Part shown: positions 13,612 through 26,561 of the stretch, piece by piece | Layout: every line of letters begins with the position of its first letter | How positions within the stretch are numbered: position 1 is the stretch's first letter | Source: Dipteris shenzhenensis | Taxonomy: Eukaryota | NCBI GenBank assembly: GCA_047967505.1 | Contig: CM106538.1 | Strand: one strand, 5' to 3' | DNA length: 64,000 bases | The notes under the pieces: generated by a model | What the model was told of the DNA's origin: nothing | The model's database searches: none | The model's input: the letters and a program-made list of their open reading frames with translations, nothing else | Program-made: the position numbers and the translations under genes

Positions 13612-14118
13612 TATTTGTACCACTTAGCGATGGAGGGCTGACGATGCCTCAGTCAAATAGATCGAGACATAAACTCATGTGACACAAAGTGGAGGGTCTT
13701 GCTGTAGATGCCAGGGTCATTTACATCAAGAATGCGTGGTGAGGTTACAAAGGCAAAGTGTCAATAACCTGATCTCACAAAGTCTTAGAGGAAGGTGCTA
13801 AAAAACGAGAATGTACACTTCTTAATGAATGTCAATCAGGACATCATTGAGACAACTTTCCAAAATGGTGAAAGTGGTGTACAAAATTTGGTGAGGACAA
13901 TGGCAGAGCATGGAGGGAGGACCTTGCATGATCGATTTCCAGATGTTTTCACAGTAGAGTCTATAGACTAGTATTTGTACCACTTAGCGATGGAGGGTTG
14001 ACGATGCCTCGGTCAAATAGATCGAGACATAAACTCATGTGACACAAAGTGGAGGGTCTTGCTGTAGATGCCACGGTCACGTACATCAAGAATGCGTGGT
14101 GAGGTTACAAAGGCAAAG
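13396..14118. repeat. Near-identical 360-bp tandem duplication
   Basis: 13396-13758 matches 13756-14118 at an exact 360-bp offset, with AAG microhomology at the junction. Confidence 0.95.
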
Positions 14119-14620
14119 GAGCTGCCTCGACCTCCCTTCCATCAATGCACCCACACTGGTGTCCATAATATTTACACTATAATATTTACATCGTAAGAAA
14201 GAGACCGAGGCATGTACTTTTCGTATCTCTGTCACGTATGACCAAATCTTGCCACGCACCATGCTTTTGAAGTTGCCAAAAAGAAAATGTAAAAAAAACT
14301 AATTTGAGTATACAATAGAAACATATTGCAATACACATTTTATAAAAAACAACACATATCCTTTGAAAAACACGTTCAAGCATGCAATATATTAATTGTC
14401 ATTCAATCACACTCTTTTAAAATAATTCACATTCTATCGAAAGAATATTAAATATTCATTCAAAAGAAAGTGTAAGAATGAGACAACTCTTCTAATAACT
14501 TTTAAAACTTTTAAGTCGTACACTTTACAACTCTTTGTATTCTTTCACATTCTATTGAAAGAATATTACATATTCATTTAAAGAAAGTGTGAGAATACAA
14601 ACACAATAAAATAATATTTC

Positions 14621-15401
14621 TCACATGAGGTCTAGGGAACTCAATGAGAAGATCCTAAAACTCCCACATACAAAAATTCCCACAAGAGATCTAAGGAACT
14701 CAACAAGGAGATCTTAAGACTTCCACAAACTAATTTAATAATTTCATAGACACGAAAACAAGCCCATTTCTCACAAGAGATCTAAGAAACTCAACAAGGA
14801 GATCCTAAACTCCCACATAAAAAAATTTATTCACATGAGATCTAAGAAACTCAACAAGGAGATCCTAGAACTCCCACAAACAAATTTCCTAGACACAAAA
14901 ACAAGCCCATTTATTGCAAGAGATCCTAGAACTCCCATGTACAAAAATCTATTCACATGAGATCTAAGAAACTCAACAAGGAGATCTTAGAACTCCCACA
15001 AACAAATTTCATAGACACAAAAACAAGCCCATTTATCACAAGAGATCTAAGGAACTCACCAAAGAGATCCTAGAACTTCCACATACAAAAATCTATTCAC
15101 ATGAGATCTAAGAAACTCAACAAGGAGATCTTAGAACTCCCACAAACAAATTTCATAAACACAAAACAAGCTCATTTATCACAAGAGATCTAAGGAACTC
15201 ACCAAAGAGATCCTAAAACTCCCATGTATAAAAATCTATTCACATGAGATCTAAGAAACTCAACAAGGAGATCTTAGAACTCCCACAAACAAATTTCATA
15301 GACACAAAAACAAGCCCATTCATCACAAGAGATCTAAGGAACTCACCAAAGAGATCCTAGAACTCCCACGTACAAAAATCTATTCACATGAGATCTAAGA
15401 A
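14621..15401. repeat. Higher-order tandem repeat (~143-bp unit made of two related subunits)
   Basis: About 12 copies of GAGATCTAAG(A/G)AACTCA.CAA.GAGATC.TAGAACTCCCA with alternating linkers. TATTCACATGAGATC recurs about every 143-145 bp. Confidence 0.9.
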
Positions 15402-18400
15402 ATGATCAATTTCACTCCTTCTAAAACCCTGGGACCGAATGAAAGCATCAAAATTTTGATACCATTCTCTAGGCGCTTGGTTAAGACCATAGAGACTCTT
15501 CTTTAGCATGCAAACTAAATGCTCTTTGCCCTTTTTTTCAAGGCCTTCTGATTGCACCATGTAAATTTCCTCATGCAGATCCCCATGCAAGAAAGCTGTC
15601 TTGACATCCATTTGCATAAGCTCCATATCCTCTGATGCCACTAGTCCAAGCATGCATCTAAGTGTGATCATCTTTACAACCAGAGAGAATATCTCATCAA
15701 AGTCCACACCCTTCTCTTGCTTGAACCCTTTAGCAACCAAACGGGCCTTGTACCTAGGCACATCTTCACCTGTGACCTTCATCTTGTAGACCCATTTACA
15801 TGGCAATGCTTTCTTTCCATGTGGCAAAGAAACCAAGTCCCAAGTCTTATTCTTCATAAGTGAACTCATCTTTGATTGCATAGCATACTCCCACTTGCAT
15901 TGATCCTCGCGCATCATAGCCTCTCTGTAGCAAGAAGACTCCCTGCAATCAGTAAGCATCACATAGTCTACCCCTGGAACAAACCTATCAGGTGGTCTAG
16001 ACACTCTAGATGATCTTCTTAAGGACATTTCAGCTTGCTGTCCCACCTGCATATCAGCCACATTTGGCTCATCATTTCCACCAATAGATGATCCATCATC
16101 TACCCTTGATTGTATACCTGTGGGAGTACTTGGTGGTACCATTTCTTGCACATTTGGTGCATGGACAACTTGCTGTCTATCAACATATGTAGGTGGATTC
16201 ACGTCTTGGAAAGTGATTCTTCTCATTTTCACATCCCTCATGGGTGCCTTATGCATCTTCTTCTCATTGAAGGCTACATCATGGATACGTATGATCTTCT
16301 TTGCTTCTGGATCCCAAAGACAATAGCCCATCTCTCCACTTTCACCATAACCCAGAAAGATGCATTTCCTAGACTTAGGATCTAGCTTCTTTCGAAGCTC
16401 TTTTGGCACATGTGCATATGCCTCACACCCAAATATACGCAAATGAGAGTAAGAGGGCTTCTTGCCACTCCATGCCTCTTCATGAATACCACCATCCAAA
16501 CTCTTACTAGGTGATCTATTGATCATGTGCACTGCAGTCTTCATTGCCTCAGCCCAAAAACCACCAGAAAGACTTGCATTGGAAAGCATGCATTGCAACC
16601 TTTCTTGAATGGTACGGTTTATCTTTTCTGCGACTGGATTTTGCTTTGGAGTACAAGGGGATGTGAGCTCTCTCTTAATCCCATGTGTATTAGCGAAATG
16701 CTGAAAGTCATGAGAGAGATACTCTCCACCATTGTCAGTTCATAGGCATTTAAGTGTTCTATCTGACTAATTCTCAACCAAGGCCAGCCATTTCTGAAAT
16801 ACGTGGAACACATCACTCTTTCGAGCTATAGCATAAGCCCACACTTTCCTAGTTGCATCATCAATGAATGTCACATAGTATTCAGCCCCGCCTAATGACT
16901 GTGTAGGCATGGGACCACATACGTCTGAATGCACCAAATCAAGCTTTTCAAACTCTTTCTTTCCCCTTCTTTTATGGGCTGATTTAGTCTGCTTCCCATA
17001 GATACAGTGCTCACAAAATTCAAAATCAGAGAAACTTAAATGCGGTACATATCCCAAACGGCATAAGAGTTTCATCTTATTTTGGCTCATATGACCCAAC
17101 TGGCAATGCCATAAAGAAGTGCTTGGTTGCTCGGTTATTGCAACAACATGATCAAACACCCCTGATACATGTAAGTGATACAAAGTCCCACAGTTGGCAC
17201 CCCTGGCCAAAAGCATAGAGCCCTTCTGAATTTTCCAACTCCCAGAACCAAAGGTGGTATGAAAACCGGCATCATCAAGCTGACCCATTGAAATGAGACT
17301 CTTGGTCAACTTAGGCACATGTCTCACATTTTTCAAAATAAATGCAGACCCATTTGCAAAAGAAAACTTTATGTCACCTACTCCCACTATGTCACATGCA
17401 TAGTCATTTCCAAGATGCACACAACTTGTCTTTCCATTGTCATAAGTGGAGAACCATTCCCTATGGGGGGTAACATGGAATGAAGCACCAGAATCCAAAA
17501 TCCAATCTTGGGAATATGCATCATCTGAATTGGTAAGCAACTTTGCAGATAAACTAGACATGAAGAGAATGTCATTGTCACTATCATGTGTGACTGCATT
17601 GATCTCCTCGATCTTCACTTTTCCTTTGTCCTCCCTTGGACTCTCTTCCTTCTGATTTGCACCCCAATTTGCATTCTTTTTCTTATCCTTTTGCTCTCTT
17701 TTAAGCTTGTAGCAATCCTTTTTCATGTGGTCCTTCTTGCCACAATAGTGACACACAATGTTCCGTGCCTTGGACTTGCTACAGGACTTTCCTCTTTCTT
17801 GAAACTTCCCCTTGGACTGTGATCTGCCCCTTTGCACATTTAAGGCTGCATCCTGCTTGTTGCCTTCCATTGACTTCCATCTAATCTCCTTGGCCAACAA
17901 GCTACCAACCACATCATCAAAGTTCAATACTCCACTAGGTGCAAAGTTACTGATAGCAGTACGGAAAGTATCCCATGAGGATGGTAATGAGCATAAGAGA
18001 AATATTGCCCTCATTTTCGCATTGAGATTCAGCTTTTGAGCTTGAAGTTGACTGAAAATGATATTAAATTCATTTAAGTGCAAAGCTATGGATACTCCCT
18101 CCTTCATGTGCAGCTCAAACAATCTCTTCATGAGATAGACTTTGTTTGAGGCAGTCTCTTTCTAATATGTAGCACATAGCTTTTTCCATAAAGCTTCCGT
18201 AGTCTTTTTAGTGACTACTGTGAAATAAACTATCTTCCCAAGATGAAGTCTAATGGTAGAATTTGCCAATGCATCCAACTCATTCCATTTATCTGTGGAC
18301 ATAGTTGCAGGCTTAGCTACAATCCCTTGCAAGGGTTTTATCTGCTTCTTTTGAATAAGCACATCCTTATCTGTTCTTTCCACAAAGAAAAGTTTGTTCC

Positions 18401-19100
18401 ATCAAACTTTTTAATGCTGAAAAACTCCTTTTTAGACATGGAAGAGGATGCCATGATGCAAATAAAGCAAAAATACCAAATGCTAGTGCCTGCAAGAGAG
18501 AATCACACCAAATACTAGGTGCACCCAAATGTGTATGCCACAATAGAGTGAAATATCACCAAAACTCAAAGCTCAAAGTATCAAAAGATACAGTTGACTC
18601 ATGTGCATGTACTATATGAAGGTGTTTCCAAGCTCCTGAAATGAAATTGATACCAAAAGCAGGCCATGGTTGCCTCTACAAGTCAATACGGAGTCTCTGT
18701 TATCGAACGAAAAATGACTTTTTCTTTGAAAACACTTAACAGGCTCTCAAAACCACTTCGCAAAACCAAAGTGACTTTTCCAAAGGTTTCTTCAAGGTCT
18801 CTGCGCACTCGGATGCAAGTAAAATCACCCACAAAGCTTCTCACAGAGCTTCTCCTTCCTCCCACAGAGCTGCTGAGCTTCCAGGCATTCACGCACGCTC
18901 AGCTAGATCATCCGGGCTCTGATACCAATTGAGAGTGCTCTCAACGGAAGTAGAACGGAAGAGGGAGAGAGAGAAATAGAGAGCCACACAAGTTTTTTGG
19001 TGGATGCAGAACACCCTAATCTTCTTTTTCATTTATTTATATATGTGTTTGAGTATTGTACATAACCGGGGTAAAAGCACAGTGACCTTTAACCCCCACA
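15402..19100 (-). mobile_element. Ty1/copia LTR retrotransposon copy 1 (3'-truncated inside RT)
   Basis: 5' LTR at 18930-19100 and PBS at 18916-18927. ORFs carry a gag zinc knuckle (CHYCGKKDHMKKDC), protease WILDSGAS, integrase VHSDVCGP and RT MDVKTAFLHG. Stops and frameshifts are present and there is no 3' LTR. Confidence 0.95.
18930..19100 (-). repeat. 5' LTR of copia copy 1 (171 bp)
   Basis: TG...CA ends, homologous to the LTRs at 38363 and 42802, and adjacent to the tRNA-iMet PBS TGGTATCAGAGC. Confidence 0.92.
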
Positions 19101-20240
19101 GTTTCCTTCCATTGACATGTCCTTAAATACAGTTATTCAAAAAGTGAGAGATATAAGAAAGAATATTTGTGAGGAAAATACTACAACACAACAAATACCT
19201 AATTCAAATCGTTACGGGACGTTCAATTCCCTTCCATGTGAAACACAAATTGCAAAGGAAAAGGTGGAAGAGGCCGAAAAAGAAAAGGGTCCATTGTTGT
19301 TGATGAGAAATTAGATAAGAATGAATACTCTACTTTGTTTGGCAAACCATTAAATTGCATTCTTAAATATCTAGAAGCCATTCAGGACACTCCATCTTTT
19401 GAATGCTTCTCATGTGAGCGTTTGCTTTTTAAGAAGCAAACATTCTTCTTGAAAAAAGAAACATTCATGTGGATTCAAGAATGTTGAGGAACTTCCAATA
19501 GTGTGTTCCAAACAAGATCATTTTCTGTTTACAAGGATTGTCGATAGGCCATTAGCGACAATAAGATGCCCAAATATTTCGCACCTAACCAATACAAACA
19601 AATCATGAAAAACTAGATGTTGCCATGTTAAATGAAATAGAGGAAATATTGGTGTCCTGAAGAATAGCTTTCACACAAATAAGGGAACTAAGTTTCGATG
19701 GACAACTTGGTGTGAAAGGTAGCATAGTCAATGTTATGGCAGACACCTCTAAAGTACAAAATATATTACTGCGCTTTATGGATGAAGATGCCAATATGTT
19801 GATTGGGAATAAAAAGAAAATGCAATACAAACCTTCTTACATGATTGGGCATATTCGACCCTTGCTTTTGATGTTTGCAATAAAGAAATTGATAGGCACT
19901 CCTTTTTATAAAAGCAACAATGTTATTTTAGACAATGAATGGTACAACCACCAGGATGTGTTAAGTCAATAACAAGAGATACAAGAACAAATGGATTGTG
20001 AAGAAAGAATGGAAGTAGAGACTGACACTTTGGTGCACAATTTAATTTCTACCGAGCAAGTTCTAGATTATGAGACAACAATCCACTTCATGGCCCCTTG
20101 TGAGAATCAAAGGCCATTAGGACTATTTCAAGACAAGCATAGCGAGGAGCTTAATTTCCCACCACTATTCTTTGGCTCTCCAAGGAACAATGGAAATGAG
20201 AATTTATCGTACATGGAAATTGTGAAATGGGAGCTTACCC
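19101..20240 (+). mobile_element. Helitron-like Rep/helicase N-terminal remnant (DUF6570-type region)
   Basis: Fragments in order: TPSFECFSCERLLFKKQ, KMPKYFAPN, RIAFTQIRELSFDGQLGVKGSIVNV, APCENQRPLGLFQDKHSEELNFPPLFFG, YMEIVKWEL. These are typical of the region preceding the Helitron/Helentron Rep domain. Confidence 0.75.
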
Positions 20241-22060
20241 ACAAATTGTAGAAGCCTTGCAATTTCATGCAGTTGATCCAACCACGAGTTCAATACATGC
20301 TCTGCCTCCTAGTTGTCAATGCCATATGTGGACTCCTCCAACATTGCAATCAATACTATGCAAAGGGTAGCACAAACCACAACCACCTCCTTCGTTAACG
20401 CCATTAATCTTTCACCTAGAAAGTGGAGACACATGCAGTCAAGAAAACATCAATACATGCATCCATGAAAAGATTCGATCTTAACAAACATAAAAAGATA
20501 CATAACATGCATCCATAAAAAGAGACATAACATGCATCGCATAAAAGGAGACACATTCAATACAAATGCAGCCATAAAGAATTCAGTAGATGCAATTAAT
20601 AAGAATTCATTACACTAAATTATCATCATGACAACCATAGAACCTTGACATAAGGTCTTAAACTTAACAACCATAAAAAGTACACAATAATTCATGAAAG
20701 TCTTAGAGTTAACTACCTTAAGAATTCATTTTAGGCTTTAAGAATTCTTTACTATTTCAATCTTTACAACCATAAAAAGAGACATAACATAAAACACCAT
20801 TAAAAGTAGGACATAAGACCAAACATGGTCGAAGTCATCATTGCTTGCAGGTAATAAGATTTAAGAACATCATCAAAGACTTTACTTAATAAGATTTAAG
20901 AACATCATCAAAGACTTTACTGCATGTAGGCAGCAAGAAAAATGCATCAATTATGAGAGGCATGACCCAAAAAATGAGCCAATGCAGATGTAAGAGTCTC
21001 TAAGATGTCCAATCTTCTCTTTTTTGTAGCTTCCCTGTGAGCCCCTACTACCTCCCTTCTCTCTGTAGATCGTTCAAGATGAGCTAGAATCCCAGGCCCA
21101 TTCTATGTTACGTGGGAGATGAACTCATCCATTTGTGCGTCCTTTCTTCCACCTCGACTGTGTGTGCTTGGGGGTATTTTGAGTGCACTCTGCTATAAAG
21201 GGATGGAGGAGTTGCCTTCCTTTGGTGAGCCAGATATTGGCTGAGTCATCGGTCTAGATCCCATCACCAGTGGCCGAGGCATGACTATACAGGGTAACAT
21301 GTGCACGGGCATGCATGTACTCGTCCACAAAATCATACCACTTGCATGTTCTTTGGACATCATTTCTTGAAATGGAATTATTAAGTTTGTTTGCTTTATA
21401 CTGGTCATAGACACGGGCCCACTTCTTCTGACATGCTTCGCTCTCCTTGTCGAAGTCAAAGTATGTAGTTGCTAACTTGTTTGCAATTTTGCTCCAGAGA
21501 TCCATCCCCTGTTTTTGTGGCTTGTTGAACTCATCATTTAGCCCACCACACTTGTGAATCAAGCTATGAACCCAATAATCCTTCCACATTGTAGCTTTCC
21601 CTCCCTAGGTATCATTTTCATCATCGACACCATCAATGTCATTCGTCTTTTTCTTCGCCCTAACTTTCTTCTTTGAGCTTTGCTTGCTCTAAATAGAGTC
21701 ACCCTAAAGAACATTTCTGCCTCTCTTTGCACCCTTTCGAAAGGGAGTGTGTGCAAGTCGCATATCTGAATGTTTAAGAAGTTGACACTTTTACTTGCTC
21801 TTGGATTACCTCCAAAGGTTGGTTGACCTTAGTAGGATCCTCGACTTCATAACCTTGTGGCATTGTTGAGGGCAACCGAGAGAACATAGGAGATGAGGAA
21901 GGGGACAATGGGGCAAAGCTGTGGGTGTTGAACAAATGAGGTTGTACTGTTATAGTGTCGGATGGATTGTCTCTACTGTCATTGCGTAGGATCCAATGAA
22001 ATATCCAATGAAATGCCAAACGGTATCCAGTGAAAACGGCAAAACTAGCGTACATTCATC
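20240..22060 (-). mobile_element. PIF/Harbinger-like remnant: Myb/SANT-like ORF plus probable transposase N-terminus
   Basis: 21254-21589 has a trihelix/Myb-like WSKIANKL...CQKKWARVYDQYK...CKWYDFVDEYM. A second ORF start (MALTKEVVVVCATLC...) near 20404 is cut at about 20240. Boundaries are approximate. Confidence 0.6.
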
Positions 22061-23266
22061 ACAAGATAGCAATTTGAAGACATTGGAGCTCCAAACAGCC
22101 TTACAAAGAATACCATGCGTGTGTGTATAGGCCACCTGAACATACATCGAAAGTGGGTGCTTGAATGCCTTGAACGATTTGTAAATAGTGCGCACAAAAG
22201 CAGGATACAAATTTCTACACTTGAGTAGTGTGTTGTCACTCCATCCTGCTACAAGCAACAAAGAGCAGTGACAATAGGAGGGTATCGGGGGAAATAGCAG
22301 ATATTCGCAAGTGCCCATAAGGACATTCCTAGATCGAGATGGAGAATCCATTGAGTTTTGCCATAGCCATGTTAGACCCACAATTGCATGCATTTGCGGC
22401 AACCAGACAATCTAAAAGGAAAGGAGCAGAGTCTAATTAGATAGCCTGCATTCACAAATGTTCTGTTGCCTGGCTTGATGCGATCTACCTCTTTTGGCGA
22501 TGAACCACCAGCTGGTTCCTGTTTGCAAAATTATGGGATCGCCCATTTTGGCTTTGCTACAGCCGATCACCCTTCTTGACTGTGCAACAACCAATACAGT
22601 GTGATTACACCGTTTTTTTAATGAAGCGTTCAATCCCATTGGAGTTTATGGCTGTGAAACGGGATTTGTGTCGATGCCTGCATATTCTATGTAAGGACTC
22701 TGTTTTCCATCACGATGCTGATTTTGTTTTCTTAGTATGTAAGGACTCTATTTTTGTAGTGTCGGGTGCAGGGTTGGATGGTGGCCCTGCTGTTTATTTT
22801 TGCAGGTATTACTTTTAAACATTGAAATTTGCTCTATTGAAAATCAACCACTTCTCTTAAATCAATTTTTCTCCATTGTTTTGCATGAATTGTTTCTTCA
22901 TAATTATGCACCTTGGGCGAGGAAGGTCTGCCAACGAAAATACCCGTTTGTGTGGAGTGTCATTTCCCACTATTTGCATGGAGAGGTGAAGTTTTGTGAA
23001 ATGCACAACCGCCTAAAATCATATCACACGTGTGCATTGCCGTGGAGCCCACGCAAGCATCTGTGCCGCTTCTCTTCCTAAGCAAGCTATTAATAAACTA
23101 AAGAGAAAAGAAAAAAGAAGGGGCCTTTTCATTGTCTCCCTCGCGAAACCGTCCATCGCGAGGACGCACCTTCACAACTCATCGGCTTTGCAGCCACACG
23201 CGACGCAGAAATTTGCGATCAACAGTACTTCATTTGGTTTTCGAAGCTTTCTGCAGCAGCGGCGAT

Positions 23267-26119
23267 ATGGGTGCTTCCCATAGCCGTGAGGGAAACCTTG
23301 ACGATTCCGAGTCCGAAGCGGAAGAAGACGAGCAACCCTCCAGTGCTTCCTCCTCCAAATCCAACTCCCAGAGCTTCCATTCTGCCGGTGCTAGCTCGCA
23401 AGATGGCGCCGATCGGAGGGCCGATGTGCTCGAGTCCAAACTGGGAGACCTCTCTTTGCATGGCAAGAAAGGAGCCCAGGGACCCCAGAAGGCAAAGCTG
23501 TACCGTCATTTAGGCGGGAATACGCCTAAGGCTCAGTGGATTGTGGCGGACAAAATCATTCCATGGGAATTTGCGAGAGAGGGAGATGATGATGAAGACG
23601 ACGACAGTGGAGAGGAGGACAGCTGGCGACAGAGCGGGAATAGGGGTTGGAAGAGCTGGCTACTTCTCGTCGGGTCGAAGGTCCGGGCTCGGGTGGATGA
23701 AAAGCTGCAAATGAAGTTTTTCGACGAGCAGCTGCGGGCTGATTTTGTGAATTTCGGAGTCTGGGCGCTCAAGTTTTCCAGTCCAGCGGACTACAGGGAA
23801 TTTACTACTGAGTACAGAAACTGTCTGTTCGAGAACACTTACATGCTGGAAGCCACCGAGGAGAACAAGATCAAGGTGTTTGGGAAAGATTTCATGGGAT
23901 GGGCGAAGCCAGAAGAAGCTGATGATTCTATTTGGGAAGATGCAGAAGACACTTTGGATGTGCCACCAGCCAGGCCGCTGAAAGAGGCTTTCGTAGAACC
24001 CTCCACAGGGTACATACAGAGCCTTACAATGGGCGCAATGGATCATAGCTTTCTGGTCAGCGCCAAAGGCATTGAGGCGGTGAGAAATTTGCCGTCCGGA
24101 GTCCATGGAAAGGGGGTTTCTGTTGCGTTTGGCAAGGAATTTGGGGCAGGAGATGGATCATCGACTCCCAAGAAGGCCATGCTTATGAAAGGGGAAAGCA
24201 ATCTGATGGTCTTGAGTCCGGGGCAGGGCACACCGCAGGCCACCGGGGTGCATCAGCTCGACATTGGAACAGGCAAGATTGTAGCCCAGTGGAAATTCGA
24301 GAAGGATGGAACTCCTATAACGATGAGGGATGTTACAAATGAGAGTAAAAGTGCTCAGCTTGATCCGTCAGGGTCTACTTTCCTTGGTCTGGATGATAAC
24401 AGGCTGTGCAGATGGGACATGAGGGATCGCCATGGAATGGTGCAGCAGATTTCTAGCCCCGTGTTAGATTGGGCAGAGGGTCACCAGTTCTCTCGAGGGA
24501 CAAATTTCCGGTGTTTTGCCACTACTGGGGATGGATGTTGTGTTGTTGGTTCTAAAGATGGGAAAATACGCCTATATGGGACAACCTCCATGAGGATGGC
24601 CAAGACGGCTTTTCCTGGTTTGGGTTCTCCTATCACTCACGTTGATGTCACTTACGATGGAAAGTGGATTCTAGGCACCACCGATTCTTACATGATCCTC
24701 ATCAGTGCGGTCTTCAGAGATAAGGATGGAAAGATGAAGACCGGCTTTACTGGCAGAATGGGCAGCAATATTGCAGCTCCAAGGCTACTGAAATTGAGTC
24801 CACTCGATGCACATCTCGCTGGCAAGAACTATAAATTTCAGAATGGTCAGTTCTCTTGGGTAAGTTTTTCATTCCATAGGGCAGATACTGGTTCTGCTAG
24901 GATTCTTAAGCTGCCTCTGCGACTTCATGTTAACGCACTGAAATTTTGTTTGAAGATGGTGATCAGTAGTAGCCTTTCTGGAGTTCTGCGAGAAACTCAG
25001 TATGGACGGGTTTATAATATGGTTTAATGCATGAGAGCATAAATATAGTTACACTAGGTGGGGATGTCATAATAGCTTGTGTGGAGTTCAAGGTTGTGGG
25101 TTATTGTCATGAGGTTGGACTTATCCTAGTCTTACAAAGGTATATTGTCATGAGGTTGGAACTGCACTATTTGTTTTCTTTTTGGAGGATGAATTTGTGC
25201 ATATTGCTGTGCTCGTACATGATACTTGGTTCTGTCATTTATCTTTTTGTATTCGATGGATCCATGTCACATCAGCGAACAGCAGGAGACCAGTGAACTT
25301 ACTGGATATGGAGCCACGAATTTGTCTATCCTTTATTTGGGTTATAAAGGTCTGGTATGACAACCTGAAGTTCTAATTCACTTTTAGGGCCCTTCCTAAT
25401 GGCATCGTGTGCACTTTGCTTTGTAGGTAGAGATTTTTTCTACTGTTTTGTTAAGGCTTATGCTACAGACCATCAGCTGTCCTGCTGTCAGAGTCACCAC
25501 TGTGATGCACAATTCTTTCTTGCATATGTTTTTTAGATTGCTCCGTATTTGGGAAGCTTGGCACAAGAGGCTTTGATCTTTCTGCTCTTGTTCAGAAACT
25601 TCGTTTCTCTTCTTTTAGATATCATGCTTTTAGTATGGTTTGACTTCTTGTAGATCTTGCTATGTTGTCAACGGTTATCGTGCACGATCACACATTGGTT
25701 TATTCAGAAACCTTGCTTCAGGCTATTAAATTCATACTTTTAAGTACGCCTGGGCACTTTTTATGAGGATTTTGCATGTTTTATCTTTAGGCACTCTCTT
25801 TCATTAGATTTTACATGATTGTAAACATCTGGTCTTTATGCAGATTACGGAAAGCGATAAGCAGGAGCGGCATCTTGTAGCCACAGTGGGAAATTTCACT
25901 GTGGTCTGGAATTTTCGGCGAGTGAAGGAGAGCAATCATGGATGCTATAAGGTCTCACAGGGTTTAAAGAGCTGCTATTGCTACAGAATCATTCCAAAAG
26001 AAGAGTCTATAGTGGACAGCAAGTTCATGCATGATAGCTACACTTCAAACTCGCCAGATGCACCACTGGTGGTGGCTACATCACAGAATGTCAGCTCTTT
26101 CAATGTGGATCGAGAGTAG
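23267..26119 (+). CDS. CYPRO4: CYPRO4/DEM-like VID27-domain protein; exons 23267-24859 and 25844-26119; 622 aa
   Basis: MGASHS start (N-myristoylation-like) and motifs [31 protein letters not shown] and [30 protein letters not shown] phase-0 GT-AG intron (24860-25843) joins FSW to ITES in frame. Confidence 0.93.
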
Positions 26120-26534
26120 GGTTGTGGCTTCTTCTCATAGTAGGATGATGTGACACTCTTGTACTTTTATGCTCACGTTGTTTAAGTTTTCCTGTTGTAA
26201 AAAAATTGTGGACAGACCCTGTCAACCTTCATGTATCTGGTTTTTTGAATTAACAAATGTCCCTGTTTTGAAGGGGCAAAGCTTATGATGCGCAGCCTCG
26301 GTTCTTTATCTATTGAAGGTGTGGTAGCATGTTTACTTATTTCCAAAGTCATCTTACTAGGCAGTCAATATAGGGGTTTTGTCAAAGGGAGACAAACAAC
26401 AGCACGTCATCCTAATCTCATTGGTGAATGTAGAGTTGTGGTTACTTATTGCATTTACTTTTCAAAATTTCCTAAACCTTGAGGATAGGGTATTTGTTGA
26501 TGATTGCAGTTGCCTAATTTGATTTCCATTGTCG

Positions 26535-26561
26535 CCCCCCCCCCCCCCCCCCCCCCCCCCC
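26535..26561. repeat. Poly(C) tract
   Basis: About 27 consecutive C. Confidence 0.9.

Noticed and set aside
15601-18039. Plus-strand ORFs within copia copy 1 and their mirror ORFs in copy 2
   Set aside because: They are antisense shadows of pol, conserved only because the two copies are similar.
23132-25027. 631-aa single-exon ORF as listed in the track
   Set aside because: The family-typical start is the ATG at 23267, and the ORF tail reads through the intron donor at 24860.
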